Below, one piece after another: positions 63,264 to 64,000 of a stretch of DNA of 64,000 nt (position 1 is the stretch's first letter; the number at the start of each line of letters is the position of its first letter). The notes under the pieces were generated by a model, which saw only the letters and a program-made list of their open reading frames with translations, had not been told where the DNA came from and searched no databases. The position numbers were made by a program, and so were the translations under genes. The DNA comes from Vermamoeba vermiformis (Eukaryota): assembly GCA_045837725.1 (NCBI GenBank), contig JBEWZL010000078.1:1-64000 (forward strand). Reading direction: 5' to 3'.

Positions 63264-63691
63264 ATAATACGTTTATGTTTAGTGTTCGTAGGCAGAAAAT
63301 ACAATGGAAATGAAACTTTTGTGCTGAAAGTTTTGTTTAACACAACCGTTATTTTTTTATCAATTTTATTTCATAAACTTCTTGCGGAATTCGCTCCCGC
63401 GGACAATTACTTAATTAATTATTGCGAATTGACGGCACAGGCAATTTTAATTGCCTCTGGATGACCGGCGCTAATATTGGTGCGTAGCGGGGTTTGTGAT
63501 ACCCAGTACCAGAGCTATATTATTAGCTGCAAGTTCATTGGCGGCGGTGGTTAAATTCGGAAATTATGCTATGAGCACATCAGTTTATTATTACAAGTTA
63601 AATGGTGTTCGATGCTGTACATAACATTCAATGTGTATCCGGAAGTACCAACCACTGCCGCAATACTACTACTTAAATAACAAGCGAATAT

Positions 63692-64000
<309 letters not shown>

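Overview
Gene-dense eukaryotic nuclear DNA with many short (mostly ~50-100 nt) spliceosomal introns, so the ORF track fragments most genes. Gene content suggests a free-living protist, probably amoebozoan (inference only). The window opens with an intact, very recent Ty3/Gypsy LTR retrotransposon (439-6376, minus strand) with identical 188-bp LTRs and an AAGC target duplication. It sits inside the first exon of a host gene, appears to carry a spliceosomal intron in gag, and has a -1 frameshift signal. About 25 host genes follow: Kelch-DUF4419-LRR fusion, several F-box proteins including F-box/FIST, RhoGEF, SPP, SDR, hydrolase, RasGAP, GCP3, a Crinkler-like effector, an LRR protein, DEAH helicase, DCN1, CDK10/11, SAPS, LRR-PP2C, cullin-4, PH-PDZ, hemerythrin, RGS and a CAMK fragment. 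The most unusual signal is two paralogous cassettes at 58.4-58.9 kb. In each, an organelle/bacterial-type tRNA fold (anticodons GAT and TCC) is enclosed in a conserved, covarying long hairpin ending in an oligo-T tract. Other notable items are a probable U12-type intron, a candidate non-autonomous Helitron and a sharply CpG-depleted block. All calls were made by eye, without database searches.
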